Assembly: GCA_964495485.1 (NCBI GenBank)
Contig: CAZBVJ010000011.1
Location: 11,328-75,327, forward strand
DNA length: 64,000 nt
Origin: an uncultured Sulfuricurvum sp.
GTDB lineage: Bacteria; Campylobacterota; Campylobacteria; Campylobacterales; Sulfurimonadaceae
Direction: 5' to 3'
Positions 1-9,932 of the stretch are shown here, one piece after another. Both the position numbers and the translations under genes were made by a program. The notes below the pieces were generated by a model. That model was not told where the DNA came from. It did no database searches and saw only the letters and a list, made by a program, of their open reading frames with translations. Position 1 is the stretch's first letter. The number at the start of each line of letters is the position of its first letter.

Positions 1-892
1 TATAGGGGGCGATCAGGGATGAGAGGTTCGTCCCCTCTTTGGCATCGACGATCACGATAGGCTTGAGTGATCCCGTAATATGGCTTTTTTCCGCTTCGTT
101 GATCGCGGCATAGGTTTCGAGATGCTCCAATGAGCCGAACATCACCGCCAGCGGTTTGGCACGTCGATGTTTACGCAATCGCAATTCGGCTACGGCGGCA
201 TCCGAAGTAGCATTACACATCAGATGAAATCCCCCCAACCCTTTGAGGGCAATGATCTTCCCAGCTTTGAGCATCTCAACTGCCAAATCGATCGGGTTGC
301 CCACGATCTCAATGCCCTTATTATCCAAAAATTTTAACTGCGGACCGCAATTCGGGCAACTGATCGGCTCCGCATGATAACGGCGGGAAGCAGGGTCGTT
401 GTATTCCTCTAAACACGCCGAACACATCGTAAAATGTTTCATCGAGGTGCGGACGCGATCATACGGAGGAGTTTGAATGATGGTGTAGCGGGGACCGCAA
501 TCGGTACAGTTGATAAACGGATAACGGTATCGGCGATTGTGCGGATCGTCCATCTCAGCTTGACACGCCGAACAGAGAGCTGTGTCGAGAGGGATGGCGA
601 CACTGCTTTTACCCAAAGCACTCTCACGGATCTCGAAATCAGCGTACTCCGTCGCTTCGCACTCTTCTACGCTTATCGAATCAATACGGGCACGCTCAGG
701 GGGATTTTCTCGCAAAGCACGGATAAATAGTTCACACTGATCACCCTGTGCTTCAATCACGACCCCATCGGGAGTGTTACAGACAAATCCACGGATACCG
801 TAACGGATCGCTTCGCGGTAGACAAACGGGCGGAATCCAACCCCTTGCACGATCCCTTTTACCAAGATTTTATAAGAAATTACCGCCGACAA
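1..892 (-). CDS. hypF: Carbamoyltransferase HypF, N-terminal part (runs off the window edge)
   Basis: Manual translation from TTG at 892 gives KGIVQGVGFRPFVYR (acylphosphatase domain) and zinc fingers CSAC..RYRYPFINCTDCGPRY and CSAC..RRYHAEPISCPNCGP. Not in the ORF track because it is truncated. Confidence 0.93.
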   Translation of the reverse strand, partial: MSAVISYKILVKGIVQGVGFRPFVYREAIRYGIRGFVCNTPDGVVIEAQGDQCELFIRALRENPPERARIDSISVEECEATEYADFEIRESALGKSSVAIPLDTALCSACQAEMDDPHNRRYRYPFINCTDCGPRYTIIQTPPYDRVRTSMKHFTMCSACLEEYNDPASRRYHAEPISCPNCGPQLKFLDNKGIEIVGNPIDLAVEMLKAGKIIALKGLGGFHLMCNATSDAAVAELRLRKHRRAKPLAVMFGSLEHLETYAAINEAEKSHITGSLKPIVIVDAKEGTNLSSLIAPY

Positions 893-2792
893 CGCAATTT
901 TCCTTCCCGATCGGATAGCTCTGATTCATCAATACCGGCGTATTTTTCAAATTTCTCTGAATACGGCTAAAAAGCGACTGTCCCGCAAAATATGACCCGC
1001 AAAGGATAATCTCTGTTGCCTTGGTTTTCCCTTTGATCTCGGTGAGGAGTTCACTGAAATAGTCTCCGAAAGATTCGAAGATCGAATAGCTCAAATAGAT
1101 CGAATCGACACCTGCAAGGCAATAACTAATGATGCTCGCCAAAAAGGCGACATGATCAAATCGGTTATCGTTCACCTTGGTATCGATTTGGAGTCCCCCT
1201 TTGCCGATGAACTTCAGCGCCTCTTTCATTACCCCTTTGTAGCTCTCCTCATTCAACCCCAAAATCATCGCCGTTGCTTCAAATAACGTCACGTCGTTTT
1301 GTTCAATACGGAGCAAAATACCAAACAAGTCAGGATGATTTTTTTCGACATTGTCGATCAGTCTATCCGATCCCTCACGCAGTGTGCGAATTGCCTCGAT
1401 GATCCCAACACCGCTGAAATGTTTGGGAGGGACGACACGGATCACTTTTTTCCCATCGTAGTACAAAAATGAGGGTTCCCCGTCGAAATAGGCTCCGACC
1501 GCTTTGGTTCCGAATTTATTATGTTCGGCAATCACCGACATAAATGATGCTTCATCGGCACTGATCGTATGGAAATTTGCCGATTCAACCGCAGGGGTCT
1601 CGGTTTCAAGCTGATTGACTTTGAGAGTCGATGCGGAGGCAAACCGCCCCATCTGATCGAACAAGACACCCCGTTCGTCTTTGATCCCGACAAGACCGTG
1701 AGCGATACTGAGGGTATCGGTACCGTACGCCAGCCGCGCGGGAAACGAGACCCTCTCCCCCGACGCGATAAAGCGGATATCTTTGTTAATGAACAGCCGT
1801 ATATCGCTTTGATAGTTGAGTTCCAAATCAAAATCCATCACAAAATCAGCTTCACAAGGCTCTTGAAGCGCTTCATAGACGATATAGTCGATCCCTAACA
1901 TTGTGAGTTCTTTGGCCAGGAGTATCGAAAATCCCTCATCGGGATATTTGACATCGACCGATGCACCGAACGTCTCTCGAAGAGCTTCGTCTTTGAGGGC
2001 CACATGCAAAATCGGACGCTCGATACTGAGCAATGCGTTAAACTCATCATTGATAAGCGAACAATAGTGTGTGATTTTCATCGCATTAACGAGCATTAAT
2101 ACCGATTGGGGCTTCAAACTCTCAGCGCGGTAAAAATAACGATACCCCATCGTCGTTTTTACCAACAATGTTTTACCGTCGCGCAGCGCTTTCGCGGCAA
2201 CTTCAAACAACGTTCTAAAACTCCCTGCATCGTTGGCATAGCGTTCTTTATCTTTGTGGAGCAACTTGACCGGTATTCCGCACGTGTGACAGGAATTCAA
2301 TACCTGTTTTTCACGCCGTCCGACGTTTTGGGATTCCGCTTCACATGCAGGGCATGATTTGACATATTTGAGTACCGTATTGTCACGGGTGTACGGATAC
2401 TTTTCAAAAAACGAATACTGCCCTCCGCAATGGGTGCATTGGGTAAAAGGGTAATAGTACCGTTTAGAGGAGGGATCGAACATCTCTTTTTGACACGAAG
2501 GGCATAATCCAAGCGCAACCGGGTATTCGACCTCAAAATCGGGGACCGATTCTATCTCCCCCTCTAGCTCATAGTGCTGCGAGCCGTTCATGAAACAGGA
2601 CGCGGGAAGTGTCTGTGCAATCTGTTCCAAACACGCTTGCAGTTTCTGATCACTACTGTCAAACGCGCAAATAATTTTGTTTTTTTGCTGATGAACCACC
2701 GCTTTGAGTCCAAATGAGCGGATAATCGAGATAATATAATTTTTAATGGTGGGTTGGGTAAATGAGGTTATCACCTCGAATGCGAATGCCAT
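870..2792 (-). CDS. hydE: HydE, HypF-like hydrogenase accessory protein of Campylobacterota
   Basis: HypF-type zinc fingers (CPSC..RYYYPFTQCTHCG; CPAC..CHTC) with a degenerate remainder; lies between hydC and hypF. Confidence 0.8.
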   Translation of the reverse strand: MAFAFEVITSFTQPTIKNYIISIIRSFGLKAVVHQQKNKIICAFDSSDQKLQACLEQIAQTLPASCFMNGSQHYELEGEIESVPDFEVEYPVALGLCPSCQKEMFDPSSKRYYYPFTQCTHCGGQYSFFEKYPYTRDNTVLKYVKSCPACEAESQNVGRREKQVLNSCHTCGIPVKLLHKDKERYANDAGSFRTLFEVAAKALRDGKTLLVKTTMGYRYFYRAESLKPQSVLMLVNAMKITHYCSLINDEFNALLSIERPILHVALKDEALRETFGASVDVKYPDEGFSILLAKELTMLGIDYIVYEALQEPCEADFVMDFDLELNYQSDIRLFINKDIRFIASGERVSFPARLAYGTDTLSIAHGLVGIKDERGVLFDQMGRFASASTLKVNQLETETPAVESANFHTISADEASFMSVIAEHNKFGTKAVGAYFDGEPSFLYYDGKKVIRVVPPKHFSGVGIIEAIRTLREGSDRLIDNVEKNHPDLFGILLRIEQNDVTLFEATAMILGLNEESYKGVMKEALKFIGKGGLQIDTKVNDNRFDHVAFLASIISYCLAGVDSIYLSYSIFESFGDYFSELLTEIKGKTKATEIILCGSYFAGQSLFSRIQRNLKNTPVLMNQSYPIGKENCVVGGNFL

Positions 2793-2813
2793 AGCCGTCC
2801 TTTGCTCTCTTTA

Positions 2814-2866
2814 CTCACCCTCTCGCAAGAGAGTGAGCACAAAGAGTCACGGACAAATGTCCGTGA
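2814..2866. other. Two intergenic hairpins between hydC and hydE
   Basis: CTCAC-CC-TCTC/GCAA/GAGA-GTGAG (2814-2837) and the perfect inverted repeat TCACGGACA-AA-TGTCCGTGA (2847-2866). Confidence 0.55.
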
Positions 2867-2871
2867 ACGCT

Positions 2872-3570
2872 CTATTCTTTGACGAATTTTGATCCGCCGA
2901 TAACGATCGCAATATCTGCCTCTTTCCAGAAAATTGTTCTCCAGATTTGATAATAGATATGAAATGCGACCCAGCACAAAATCAACCACATGGTCAAATG
3001 GTGCGAAATACGGACATCCATCAACGTCCCTCCGCACACCGGAATTGTCCAATCCGTCACCAGATGGAGCATCCACGGCCACCATGCGCCGATCGAACTT
3101 GTCCCAGACCCCAACCCGTGTACGTACATTTGTAGCCCCGTGAGAAGCATCCAAATCAGTAAAAGATGAAAAATCGTAAAATAGACGGTATTGAAACTGT
3201 CCGCATGGGCTGAGTCAAACTCTTTTTTACGGTTGAGGGTCAATAGATTGACCAATACCGCTTTAAACTCACTCACGTTTTGAGCATTAGGAATCAATTT
3301 TTTGTACGGTTTTTCAAAACGGCTGAAAAAGTACAAATACGCGATAATGACTGATGTTACATCAAAAATAATCGCGATAATAAAGTGCCCGTAACGGTTC
3401 CACGCCATCACGTATTTATCGACTGCCGGATCGGCAATAAATGTCTGATAATACGGATGACCGATATAAAGCCCCGTTGCAATGGCACCAATCATACAAA
3501 TCGCATTCACCCAGTGGATGATGCGCATTGCGGGTGTCATACGTTTGACTTGTTTGTACCCTTGTTTCAT
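2872..3570 (-). CDS. hydC: [NiFe]-hydrogenase cytochrome b subunit
   Basis: RIIHWVNA, TGLYIG, RYGH, HHLTMW..FHIY haem-ligand His pattern; directly downstream of the large subunit. Confidence 0.95.
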   Translation of the reverse strand: MKQGYKQVKRMTPAMRIIHWVNAICMIGAIATGLYIGHPYYQTFIADPAVDKYVMAWNRYGHFIIAIIFDVTSVIIAYLYFFSRFEKPYKKLIPNAQNVSEFKAVLVNLLTLNRKKEFDSAHADSFNTVYFTIFHLLLIWMLLTGLQMYVHGLGSGTSSIGAWWPWMLHLVTDWTIPVCGGTLMDVRISHHLTMWLILCWVAFHIYYQIWRTIFWKEADIAIVIGGSKFVKE

Positions 3571-3580
3571 ATTTAGCTCC

Positions 3581-5356
3581 TTAAATACTACAAGAAGTAT
3601 CGACTTTGTAAACAGCTAGCTCTTTACCTTTGGTATCGACGACGTGAACCGCACACGCGATACATGGGTCAAAACTGTGAATAGTACGGATGATCTCCAG
3701 CGGTTGTTCTGGATTGGCCACTTTCGTACCGATCAAACTCGCTTCATACGCACCCATACGGTTTTTATAATCACGCGGAGCCGCATTCCAGGTCGATGGG
3801 ACGATCGCTTGGTAATTGGCTACTTTGCCGTTTTCAACACGTACCCAGTGACCGAGTGCTCCACGAGGAGCTTCAGCCATACCGTGCCCTTTTGCGCTCA
3901 CGCTTACCGCGTCGAAATCAAACTCTGTCCAAGTGCTTTTATCCCCGGCAAGAACGTTCGCTGCAAGCTCATCGATCCATTCGACCATCACGTCAGCCAT
4001 AAGCTCAGTTTCGATAGCCCGCGCCGCCGTACGTCCGATCGTACTGAAAAGTACTGTTACCGGAAGCTTACCGCGCTCCAAAAAGGTCGTGACGTATTTG
4101 CTGATACGCGGATCTTTTGCCGCAACACCGATCACCATACGTGCCAAAGGTCCCACTTCCATACGCTCATCGTTGTAAAGCGGAGATTTAATCCAGCTGT
4201 ATTTCTCTTTGGTTTTGAGATAAGCGTCTCCGTTTTCACGACGGTCAAGCCCTGTGTATTCCGGAACAGTTTCCCCTTCATACGGATGAAGCGGTTTGTC
4301 ACCTTTATACCATGCGTGAGAAACGTCCTCGGCAATTTTTGCCTGATCGAGAGGGATCACTTTTGAGATATCACCGTTCAACACTACGCCGCTTGGGAAA
4401 AGGAGTGCCGATTTGTAAAAACCGGTATCATCCAAACGGAAATCACCGTAACTCATGAAATTCAAGAGTCCGCCACCGGTACCGCCGACCCCTTTACCGC
4501 CAACGAGGTTGCTATACGTTGCCGATGCATCGGTTGCTTCGCCCGCATACATCGTTCCCGCCATATAAACGTCCGGCAAGTACGCTTGTTTGACAAAACG
4601 GCGTGCTTCAAGCAACAACGATTTAAAGAGTGCCAAACGGGCAGGATTGATAATGTCTTGAACACACGTCACCCCACCAACGACGATGCTTTGCGGATGC
4701 GGGTTTTTACCCCCGAAAATCGCCTGCATTTTCGCCATATCACGTTGAAGATCAAGTGCACGGAGATAGTGCGCTACCCCGATGAGATTTTGTTCCGGAG
4801 AAAGTTTATAGTGCGGATTACCCCAATAACCGTTTCCGAAAATTCCCAAACGCCCTTGTTTGACAAATTTCGCGACACGCTCTTGGATCGCTTTAAACTC
4901 GCTCTCACCATCCATAAACGGACTCTCAGCTGCGACAGAAGCCCATTTGCGTGCTTCTGCTGCCGTTTTAGCCGGATCAGCCGAGAGGGCAGAGACGACA
5001 TCGACAAAATCGAGTGCGTGCAAATGATAGAAGTGAACCACGTGGTCATGGACGTACAACGCCCCTTGGATCAAGTTACGAACAATACGGGCGTTTTTCG
5101 GAATAGTGATTTTAAACGCATCTTCCACCGCTTCGATAGAGCGCTGATAGTGAGTCCCCGTACAAACACCACAGATACGCATTGCCAAAAGACCACAGTC
5201 ACGTGGATCACGCCCTTGTAAAATCGTCTCAATACCACGGAACATTGTCGATGCACTGTAGGCATCGACAATCGTGTTGTTATCGTCAATAACCGCCTCG
5301 ATACGTAAATGCCCTTCGATACGGGTAATTGGGTCAACTACAATGTGCTTACTCAT
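3581..5356 (-). CDS. hydB: Group 1 (1b-like) respiratory uptake [NiFe]-hydrogenase large subunit
   Basis: DPITRIEGH, RICGVC (L1), SFDPCIACAVH (L2) plus a cleavable C-terminal tail. Start set at MSKHIVVDP (ATG 5356, AGGAG RBS). Confidence 0.96.
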   Translation of the reverse strand: MSKHIVVDPITRIEGHLRIEAVIDDNNTIVDAYSASTMFRGIETILQGRDPRDCGLLAMRICGVCTGTHYQRSIEAVEDAFKITIPKNARIVRNLIQGALYVHDHVVHFYHLHALDFVDVVSALSADPAKTAAEARKWASVAAESPFMDGESEFKAIQERVAKFVKQGRLGIFGNGYWGNPHYKLSPEQNLIGVAHYLRALDLQRDMAKMQAIFGGKNPHPQSIVVGGVTCVQDIINPARLALFKSLLLEARRFVKQAYLPDVYMAGTMYAGEATDASATYSNLVGGKGVGGTGGGLLNFMSYGDFRLDDTGFYKSALLFPSGVVLNGDISKVIPLDQAKIAEDVSHAWYKGDKPLHPYEGETVPEYTGLDRRENGDAYLKTKEKYSWIKSPLYNDERMEVGPLARMVIGVAAKDPRISKYVTTFLERGKLPVTVLFSTIGRTAARAIETELMADVMVEWIDELAANVLAGDKSTWTEFDFDAVSVSAKGHGMAEAPRGALGHWVRVENGKVANYQAIVPSTWNAAPRDYKNRMGAYEASLIGTKVANPEQPLEIIRTIHSFDPCIACAVHVVDTKGKELAVYKVDTSCSI

Positions 5357-6587
5357 GATTCTCTCCTGAAGTTTCTCGTTTGCCTGCTGCTGCGCTGGCT
5401 GCTGCATGGATCGCGATACCGATTCCGGCTGCGGTTAGCATGCCCAAACCGAATTCGTCCACAGTTTTTTCGACTCCACCTGTCGGTGCTTTAATCTTGG
5501 CATCCGCCATCGGACGCTCATACGCGTATTTATCCCAAAAATCGGGTTCTGAACAACCGATACATCCACGACCGACACCGATTGGCCAGTTGACCGCTTC
5601 ATTATATCGAACGATAGAACAGTTGTTGAACGTCATAGGCCCTTTACATCCCATTTTGTAGAGACAGAAATTGTTTTGCGCTCCTACATCACCCCATTCT
5701 TCAACGTATTCACCCGCATCGAAGTGAGCACGGCGTTCACAGTTATCGTGGATACGATATCCGAATGCAAATTTCGGACGAAGCAATGAATCAAGCTCTG
5801 GCACTTGTCCCGTCAAGACATAATGCAAGATTACACCCACCATGTTGGCAGGGTTTGCCGGACAGGCCGGGATATTGATGAGCGGTTTGTTTTTGACAAC
5901 ATCCATAACCCCAACGGCACCGGTAGGATTCGGAGCCGCTGCCGGAATACCACCGAACGTCGCACAACTTCCTACCGCGATAACGGCTGCCGCATTTTCG
6001 GCACAGCGTACAAGGTGATCATGGAAGGTTTCACCTTTGATCCCGATCGTACCGTACTGACCGTCCATACCCATAGGGATAGCACCCTCGACAAAAAGGA
6101 GATATTTCCCTTTGAAATGCTCCATTGCCTCTTCAAGCTGTTTCTCTGCTTGATGTCCGGCAGCCGCTTGAAGCGTTTCATGGAACTCCAAAGAGATGAT
6201 ATCAAGAACAATCTCATCGATTTTCGGTCCGTCAGCACGTAAGAGTGCTTCAGAGTTACCCGCACAATCTTGGAGCTCAAGCCAAATGACCGGAGCACGG
6301 TTCATCATTACGGCGGCATCGGCAACCAACGGTGTAAACATTGGAGGGAGCATCAACATCGCTGTCGTTGCACTCGCCCATTTCATGAACTCACGACGGT
6401 CAATCCCGTTCTCTTCCAACAACTCGCTAAAATCAAGTTTATTAGCCGGTGTTTGAGCGCGCATCTCATTCAAACGCGCTTCACATTTTGCGAATAAGTC
6501 TTGATAATACGACTCACCCTTGTTCGTCTCAACGCGCGAACTTTTCGAAGTGAACAGTTTTTTAACCGCTTCTACTTTATCGGACAT
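5349..6587 (-). CDS. hydA: Group 1 [NiFe]-hydrogenase small subunit, Tat-exported, with C-terminal membrane anchor
   Basis: DRREFMK twin-arginine motif; WLELQDCAGNSE, GSCA, PACP, HDNCERR, CLYKMGCKGP, GCIGC; hydrophobic C-terminal helix. Confidence 0.96.
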   Translation of the reverse strand: MSDKVEAVKKLFTSKSSRVETNKGESYYQDLFAKCEARLNEMRAQTPANKLDFSELLEENGIDRREFMKWASATTAMLMLPPMFTPLVADAAVMMNRAPVIWLELQDCAGNSEALLRADGPKIDEIVLDIISLEFHETLQAAAGHQAEKQLEEAMEHFKGKYLLFVEGAIPMGMDGQYGTIGIKGETFHDHLVRCAENAAAVIAVGSCATFGGIPAAAPNPTGAVGVMDVVKNKPLINIPACPANPANMVGVILHYVLTGQVPELDSLLRPKFAFGYRIHDNCERRAHFDAGEYVEEWGDVGAQNNFCLYKMGCKGPMTFNNCSIVRYNEAVNWPIGVGRGCIGCSEPDFWDKYAYERPMADAKIKAPTGGVEKTVDEFGLGMLTAAGIGIAIHAAASAAAGKRETSGENHE

Positions 6588-6608
6588 AATCCCCTCCTCA
6601 AATATTAA

Positions 6609-6630
6609 TGAACAATCATTCAGTATTGTA
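6609..6630 (-). promoter_or_regulatory. hydA -10 box (TACAAT) with an adjacent palindromic operator candidate TGAAC-AATC-ATTCA
   Basis: ATTGTA at 6625-6630 reads TACAAT on the minus strand; an imperfect palindrome at 6609-6622 covers the expected start site. Confidence 0.5.
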
Positions 6631-6806
6631 CGTCTGAATAACTTAAACGAATATTTAAAGGATAAAAATCATTTTAAAAAATTAACTTCTTGGTTATTTT
6701 TAGGACTATAGCAGGTATTTTTTACTTGTCGTAGTAATAAATAAATATTATTTTCATTCTAATCGATAGATTTTGAAAAAGTTATTCTATAAAGAGATAG
6801 CTATCT

Positions 6807-7406
6807 TCAATCTACCAGTACAATCCCCATCGATTCGAGTAAAAAGAGCGCTTCGTAGCGGCTGAAGATCGCCCCCTTTAGGTAGTTCGAGCGAAGATCG
6901 ATCGAGGTGTTGGAGGCGTCGGTAAAGTTGGCCTCCTCCAGATGGGTGTTGCCGAACAGCGCCCCTTTGAAATCGCTCAGGGAAAAGTCGGCTTTTATAA
7001 AACTTCCGTTGCGAAAATCGACCTCTTTGGCACGGCACTCCAGCATCACCAGCCCCTCGATGTTCAGACCGAAAAAGTTGCTGTCGTTGAGGATGCATTC
7101 GCGAAAGCGGATCGGATCAGCATTCAGCAAACTCTTCCAATCCGCCATCGTCCAGTCGATCCCGACCATCTTGCACGAGACAAAATCGACATCGCTCATT
7201 TTGGTATTGGTCAGCTTCATGAGGCTCAAGTTGCAGTTTTCGAAATGGCATTCGGTGAATTTGCAGGAGGAGAAAAAGGTTTCGCTGAAATCGCAGGAGA
7301 CGAAGGTGCAGTCGTCAAATTCGGCTTTGGTGATCTTTTTACCGTGGAGATCGATACCCTCGAATTTCTCGGCGAATACGTCCATGTTGTCGGTGAGGAG
7401 AATCAT
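6807..7406 (-). CDS. Pentapeptide-repeat protein
   Basis: Continuous 5-residue periodicity (AEFDD CTFVS CDFSE TFFSS CKFTE CHFEN...). Confidence 0.9.
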   Translation of the reverse strand: MILLTDNMDVFAEKFEGIDLHGKKITKAEFDDCTFVSCDFSETFFSSCKFTECHFENCNLSLMKLTNTKMSDVDFVSCKMVGIDWTMADWKSLLNADPIRFRECILNDSNFFGLNIEGLVMLECRAKEVDFRNGSFIKADFSLSDFKGALFGNTHLEEANFTDASNTSIDLRSNYLKGAIFSRYEALFLLESMGIVLVD

Positions 7407-7999
7407 TCCAAAGTAACTTTTTTTGTGTTTAGCATATCTTCTAATTCATCTGGATTACTCAAATACATTTTCATTAAATCATGTGTATTTAAACCTTTAT
7501 TACTTAAACCAATATCTTCACGTATTGCTCTATATAAGTTATCTAATGCTGTAAATAAATTACCATTTTCCCTTGCAACTTTTTCATATTCTAATTGCCT
7601 TTTAATAACCAAAGGCGAACCCCACAATAATAATTCAGTTTTAAACTCAACTAGATAATCAATTAATTCCTGATCTGTCATACCTTTTTTAGATACTTTT
7701 TCATTATGATTTGCCATCAGCCCTGATATAGTGTCAAGAAATTTTTTATAAATTTCAACTTTTTTGGGTCGATGTGATTCTTCAATATCTCTTTGTTTCG
7801 ATTGTCTTTGAGTAATAATTACAGCAGCTATTCCTGCAAATACTGTAGCTACAGCTCCTATCAGAGCCGCCAGTATTTCTTTTTGTAGCTTGAAAAGCCA
7901 TGCTGCTACATCTACAACAGTCAAATACAATAGATATGAAAGAACTATAATAATCAAAAAGCCAAATGCTACCTGTCCTATTTTTATTATTGTTTTCAT
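7403..7999 (-). CDS. Hypothetical membrane protein (two N-terminal TM helices), AT-rich
   Basis: 198-aa ORF with two hydrophobic segments; markedly more AT-rich than its neighbours. Confidence 0.75.
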   Translation of the reverse strand: MKTIIKIGQVAFGFLIIIVLSYLLYLTVVDVAAWLFKLQKEILAALIGAVATVFAGIAAVIITQRQSKQRDIEESHRPKKVEIYKKFLDTISGLMANHNEKVSKKGMTDQELIDYLVEFKTELLLWGSPLVIKRQLEYEKVARENGNLFTALDNLYRAIREDIGLSNKGLNTHDLMKMYLSNPDELEDMLNTKKVTLE

Positions 8000-8066
8000 A
8001 TTATTTTCCCGTCCTCATCTATTTCCCTCTTCAACACCTCATTTTCCACTATCTCATCAATAAACA

Positions 8067-8345
8067 TCACGGCAAATTCTCCCGATACAGTGTCAATATC
8101 CAAATCTGATCTTTCTCAACGGTATAGATGATCGAATACCCTTGATAGACAAGTTTACGCGAACCGCTAATCAACTCTTCCGAACTTCGTCCCGCATAGG
8201 GAAAAGCACTCAATGTGCTCACAATAAATTCATGAAGACGTTGCAAATACTCTCGTGTGAGTTTTTTGGATTTTGTTTGCTCGTAGATATATTCGGCGAT
8301 CATCTCCAAACGATGATGCGCTTTGGGTGAAAAATCAATCCGCAT
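8067..8345 (-). CDS. RelE/ParE-family type II toxin
   Basis: 92 aa; MRIDFSPKA..IAEYI, L..FPYAGR, RKLV..GYSIIY pattern; overlaps the antitoxin. Confidence 0.85.
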   Translation of the reverse strand: MRIDFSPKAHHRLEMIAEYIYEQTKSKKLTREYLQRLHEFIVSTLSAFPYAGRSSEELISGSRKLVYQGYSIIYTVEKDQIWILTLYRENLP

Positions 8346-8589
8346 ATTTCGCGATTACACGATCAAATGCTTCATCTATCCCGATGTATTCGCCCCGCTC
8401 GATCTGCTCTTTTGCCTCTTTGAGTTCGCGTTTGAGCTGTGCATGGGTACGGTTGTATTCATCGAGGGACATGATGACGACACTCTTGTCGTTTTTGGTC
8501 GTGACAATCACCTCTTCGTTATTGTCACACACTTCATCGATGATCGATTTGAGCGAGTTACGTGCGGTAGTGTAGTTGAGTGCTTGCAT
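8335..8589 (-). CDS. Phd/YefM-family antitoxin
   Basis: MQALNYTTARNSLKSIIDEV..EEVIVT..VVIMSLDEY is the Phd/YefM signature. Start reassigned to ATG 8589. Confidence 0.88.
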   Translation of the reverse strand: MQALNYTTARNSLKSIIDEVCDNNEEVIVTTKNDKSVVIMSLDEYNRTHAQLKRELKEAKEQIERGEYIGIDEAFDRVIAKYAD

Positions 8590-8601
8590 CGGGTTGCCTT
8601 T

Positions 8602-8626
8602 ATGACAGCTTTCTGTCATTATAGCA
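8602..8626 (-). promoter_or_regulatory. Toxin-antitoxin operon promoter (extended -10) with palindromic autoregulatory operator
   Basis: Minus strand reads TGCTATAAT (8626-8618), overlapping the perfect palindrome ATGACAG-N4-CTGTCAT (8602-8619). Confidence 0.7.
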
Positions 8627-8636
8627 CTTTTTATCC

Positions 8637-9932
8637 CTAATGCGTCGTGCAAACCGAACAGACATCAAAGGTACGAAATATCAATGATGCTTTCGCGATC
8701 GATTCTGCTCCGATCATCGCCTTCTGCGCTACTCCGAGAGCGGAACCATCGCCGTTTCCAAGATTCCATTGCGTCGGGGTGATAATCGAGTACGAGGCGA
8801 TACGCCCTTTTTCGATACGGGCGCGGTGGATCAGTGACCCGCGCGGGGCTTCCACGATCCCTACCCCAGAGCCGCTGATACTCTCGATAGAAGAGGGGGT
8901 GATAAACGAGGGTTGCGAAAGATCCAGTGTACTCAAAAGATAACGGATCTCGGTGATCAAACTCACCATCTCATACACTCTGGCACTCAGCCGCGTCTGT
9001 GCACTATCCCCATAACGGTGATAGAGGGCACTTATCCCCTGAACATCTGCTATCAACGCGCGGGCAAGCGGTCCGGTTTCAAAAAACTTCCCATTGTAGA
9101 GGGCATTTTTGGCATGAGTATTTCCCCCTTGTGTAAACGTATGTGAATCATCCTCACTCACCAAAGCAGCGTCAGCATGTGAGCGCTCACCATTTTCCCA
9201 TACGCCGCGCCCCTCCCCTAAAACCAAAAATCGATCGTGACTTTTCCCGCTAGCGAGGAGATTTAAACGTTCAAACTGTCTCAACAGCGTTGAAAAATCC
9301 CCCTCCAGCATCCGATGGGAATCATTTTTGAGATGGAGTTCAAACTTCTCCAGCGGACACCCCAACACCTCTTTGGCAATAAACTGCTCCACTTCGCCAA
9401 GGATTTTCAGCGCCTGCATCACCTCGATATGGGTCGGATCGCACGTCACCCCGCCCGGAAGAGCGTAAGAGCTATGCGGCCATTGTCCGCTGAAAAGGGC
9501 ACTGAGCTGATTGATCTGTGAGGTCATATAGAGGACTTTGAGAGAGAGGTTTGCCTCTTCACCCAAAAGCTTTGCGCTCTCGTGCAGCATCACGAGATAG
9601 AGCCATTTGATATGGTTTTGAAGCAGCTCGCATTTGAGGGTGATTTCTCGAATGGCATGAGCCTTTGGGGTGATCGTTAGGGAGAATCCTGCATCGATAT
9701 AAGCGTTCTCGATCATCCGAGCCGCCGCGATGAGATGGGAGTGTCCGCATATACCGCACACGCGTGGTGCAATCACGAGAGCATCAAGAGCGTTACGCCC
9801 CTCCAAGATCGCTTCCATCCCTCTAAAATGGACAAATCGGATGTCAGCTTCTTGAACGGCTCCTTTTTTGTCGGTTGTAAAATCGAGTACCGCTTCCCCC
9901 TCGATCCGCTCGATCAGTTCATGCGTTATCAT
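8637..9932 (-). CDS. Group 2 (2d-like) cytoplasmic [NiFe]-hydrogenase large subunit
   Basis: ERIEGE, APRVCGICGHSH, FDVCSVCTTH at the very C-terminus (no cleavable extension). Confidence 0.9.
   Translation of the reverse strand: MITHELIERIEGEAVLDFTTDKKGAVQEADIRFVHFRGMEAILEGRNALDALVIAPRVCGICGHSHLIAAARMIENAYIDAGFSLTITPKAHAIREITLKCELLQNHIKWLYLVMLHESAKLLGEEANLSLKVLYMTSQINQLSALFSGQWPHSSYALPGGVTCDPTHIEVMQALKILGEVEQFIAKEVLGCPLEKFELHLKNDSHRMLEGDFSTLLRQFERLNLLASGKSHDRFLVLGEGRGVWENGERSHADAALVSEDDSHTFTQGGNTHAKNALYNGKFFETGPLARALIADVQGISALYHRYGDSAQTRLSARVYEMVSLITEIRYLLSTLDLSQPSFITPSSIESISGSGVGIVEAPRGSLIHRARIEKGRIASYSIITPTQWNLGNGDGSALGVAQKAMIGAESIAKASLIFRTFDVCSVCTTH

Noticed and set aside
434..730. Short ORFs 434-730 (+) and 439-627 (-)
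   Set aside because: Shadow frames of hypF, which is open from 892 to the window edge; the G-run near 699-703 keeps the frame.
870..2792. Apparent hypF duplication
   Set aside because: Matches the known HydE accessory protein of Campylobacterota.
5357..5407. Gln-rich N-terminal extension of HydB in the ORF track
   Set aside because: It overlaps the hydA 3' end; the RBS and homology support a start at 5356. Similar over-extensions were trimmed for other genes.
6807..7406. Periodic sequence suggesting a tandem repeat or a qnr resistance gene
   Set aside because: The periodicity is protein-level pentapeptide repetition; nothing specifically supports Qnr.
6790..8636. Possible integron cassette array
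   Set aside because: No attC-like sites or integrase seen, and two of the genes overlap directly.
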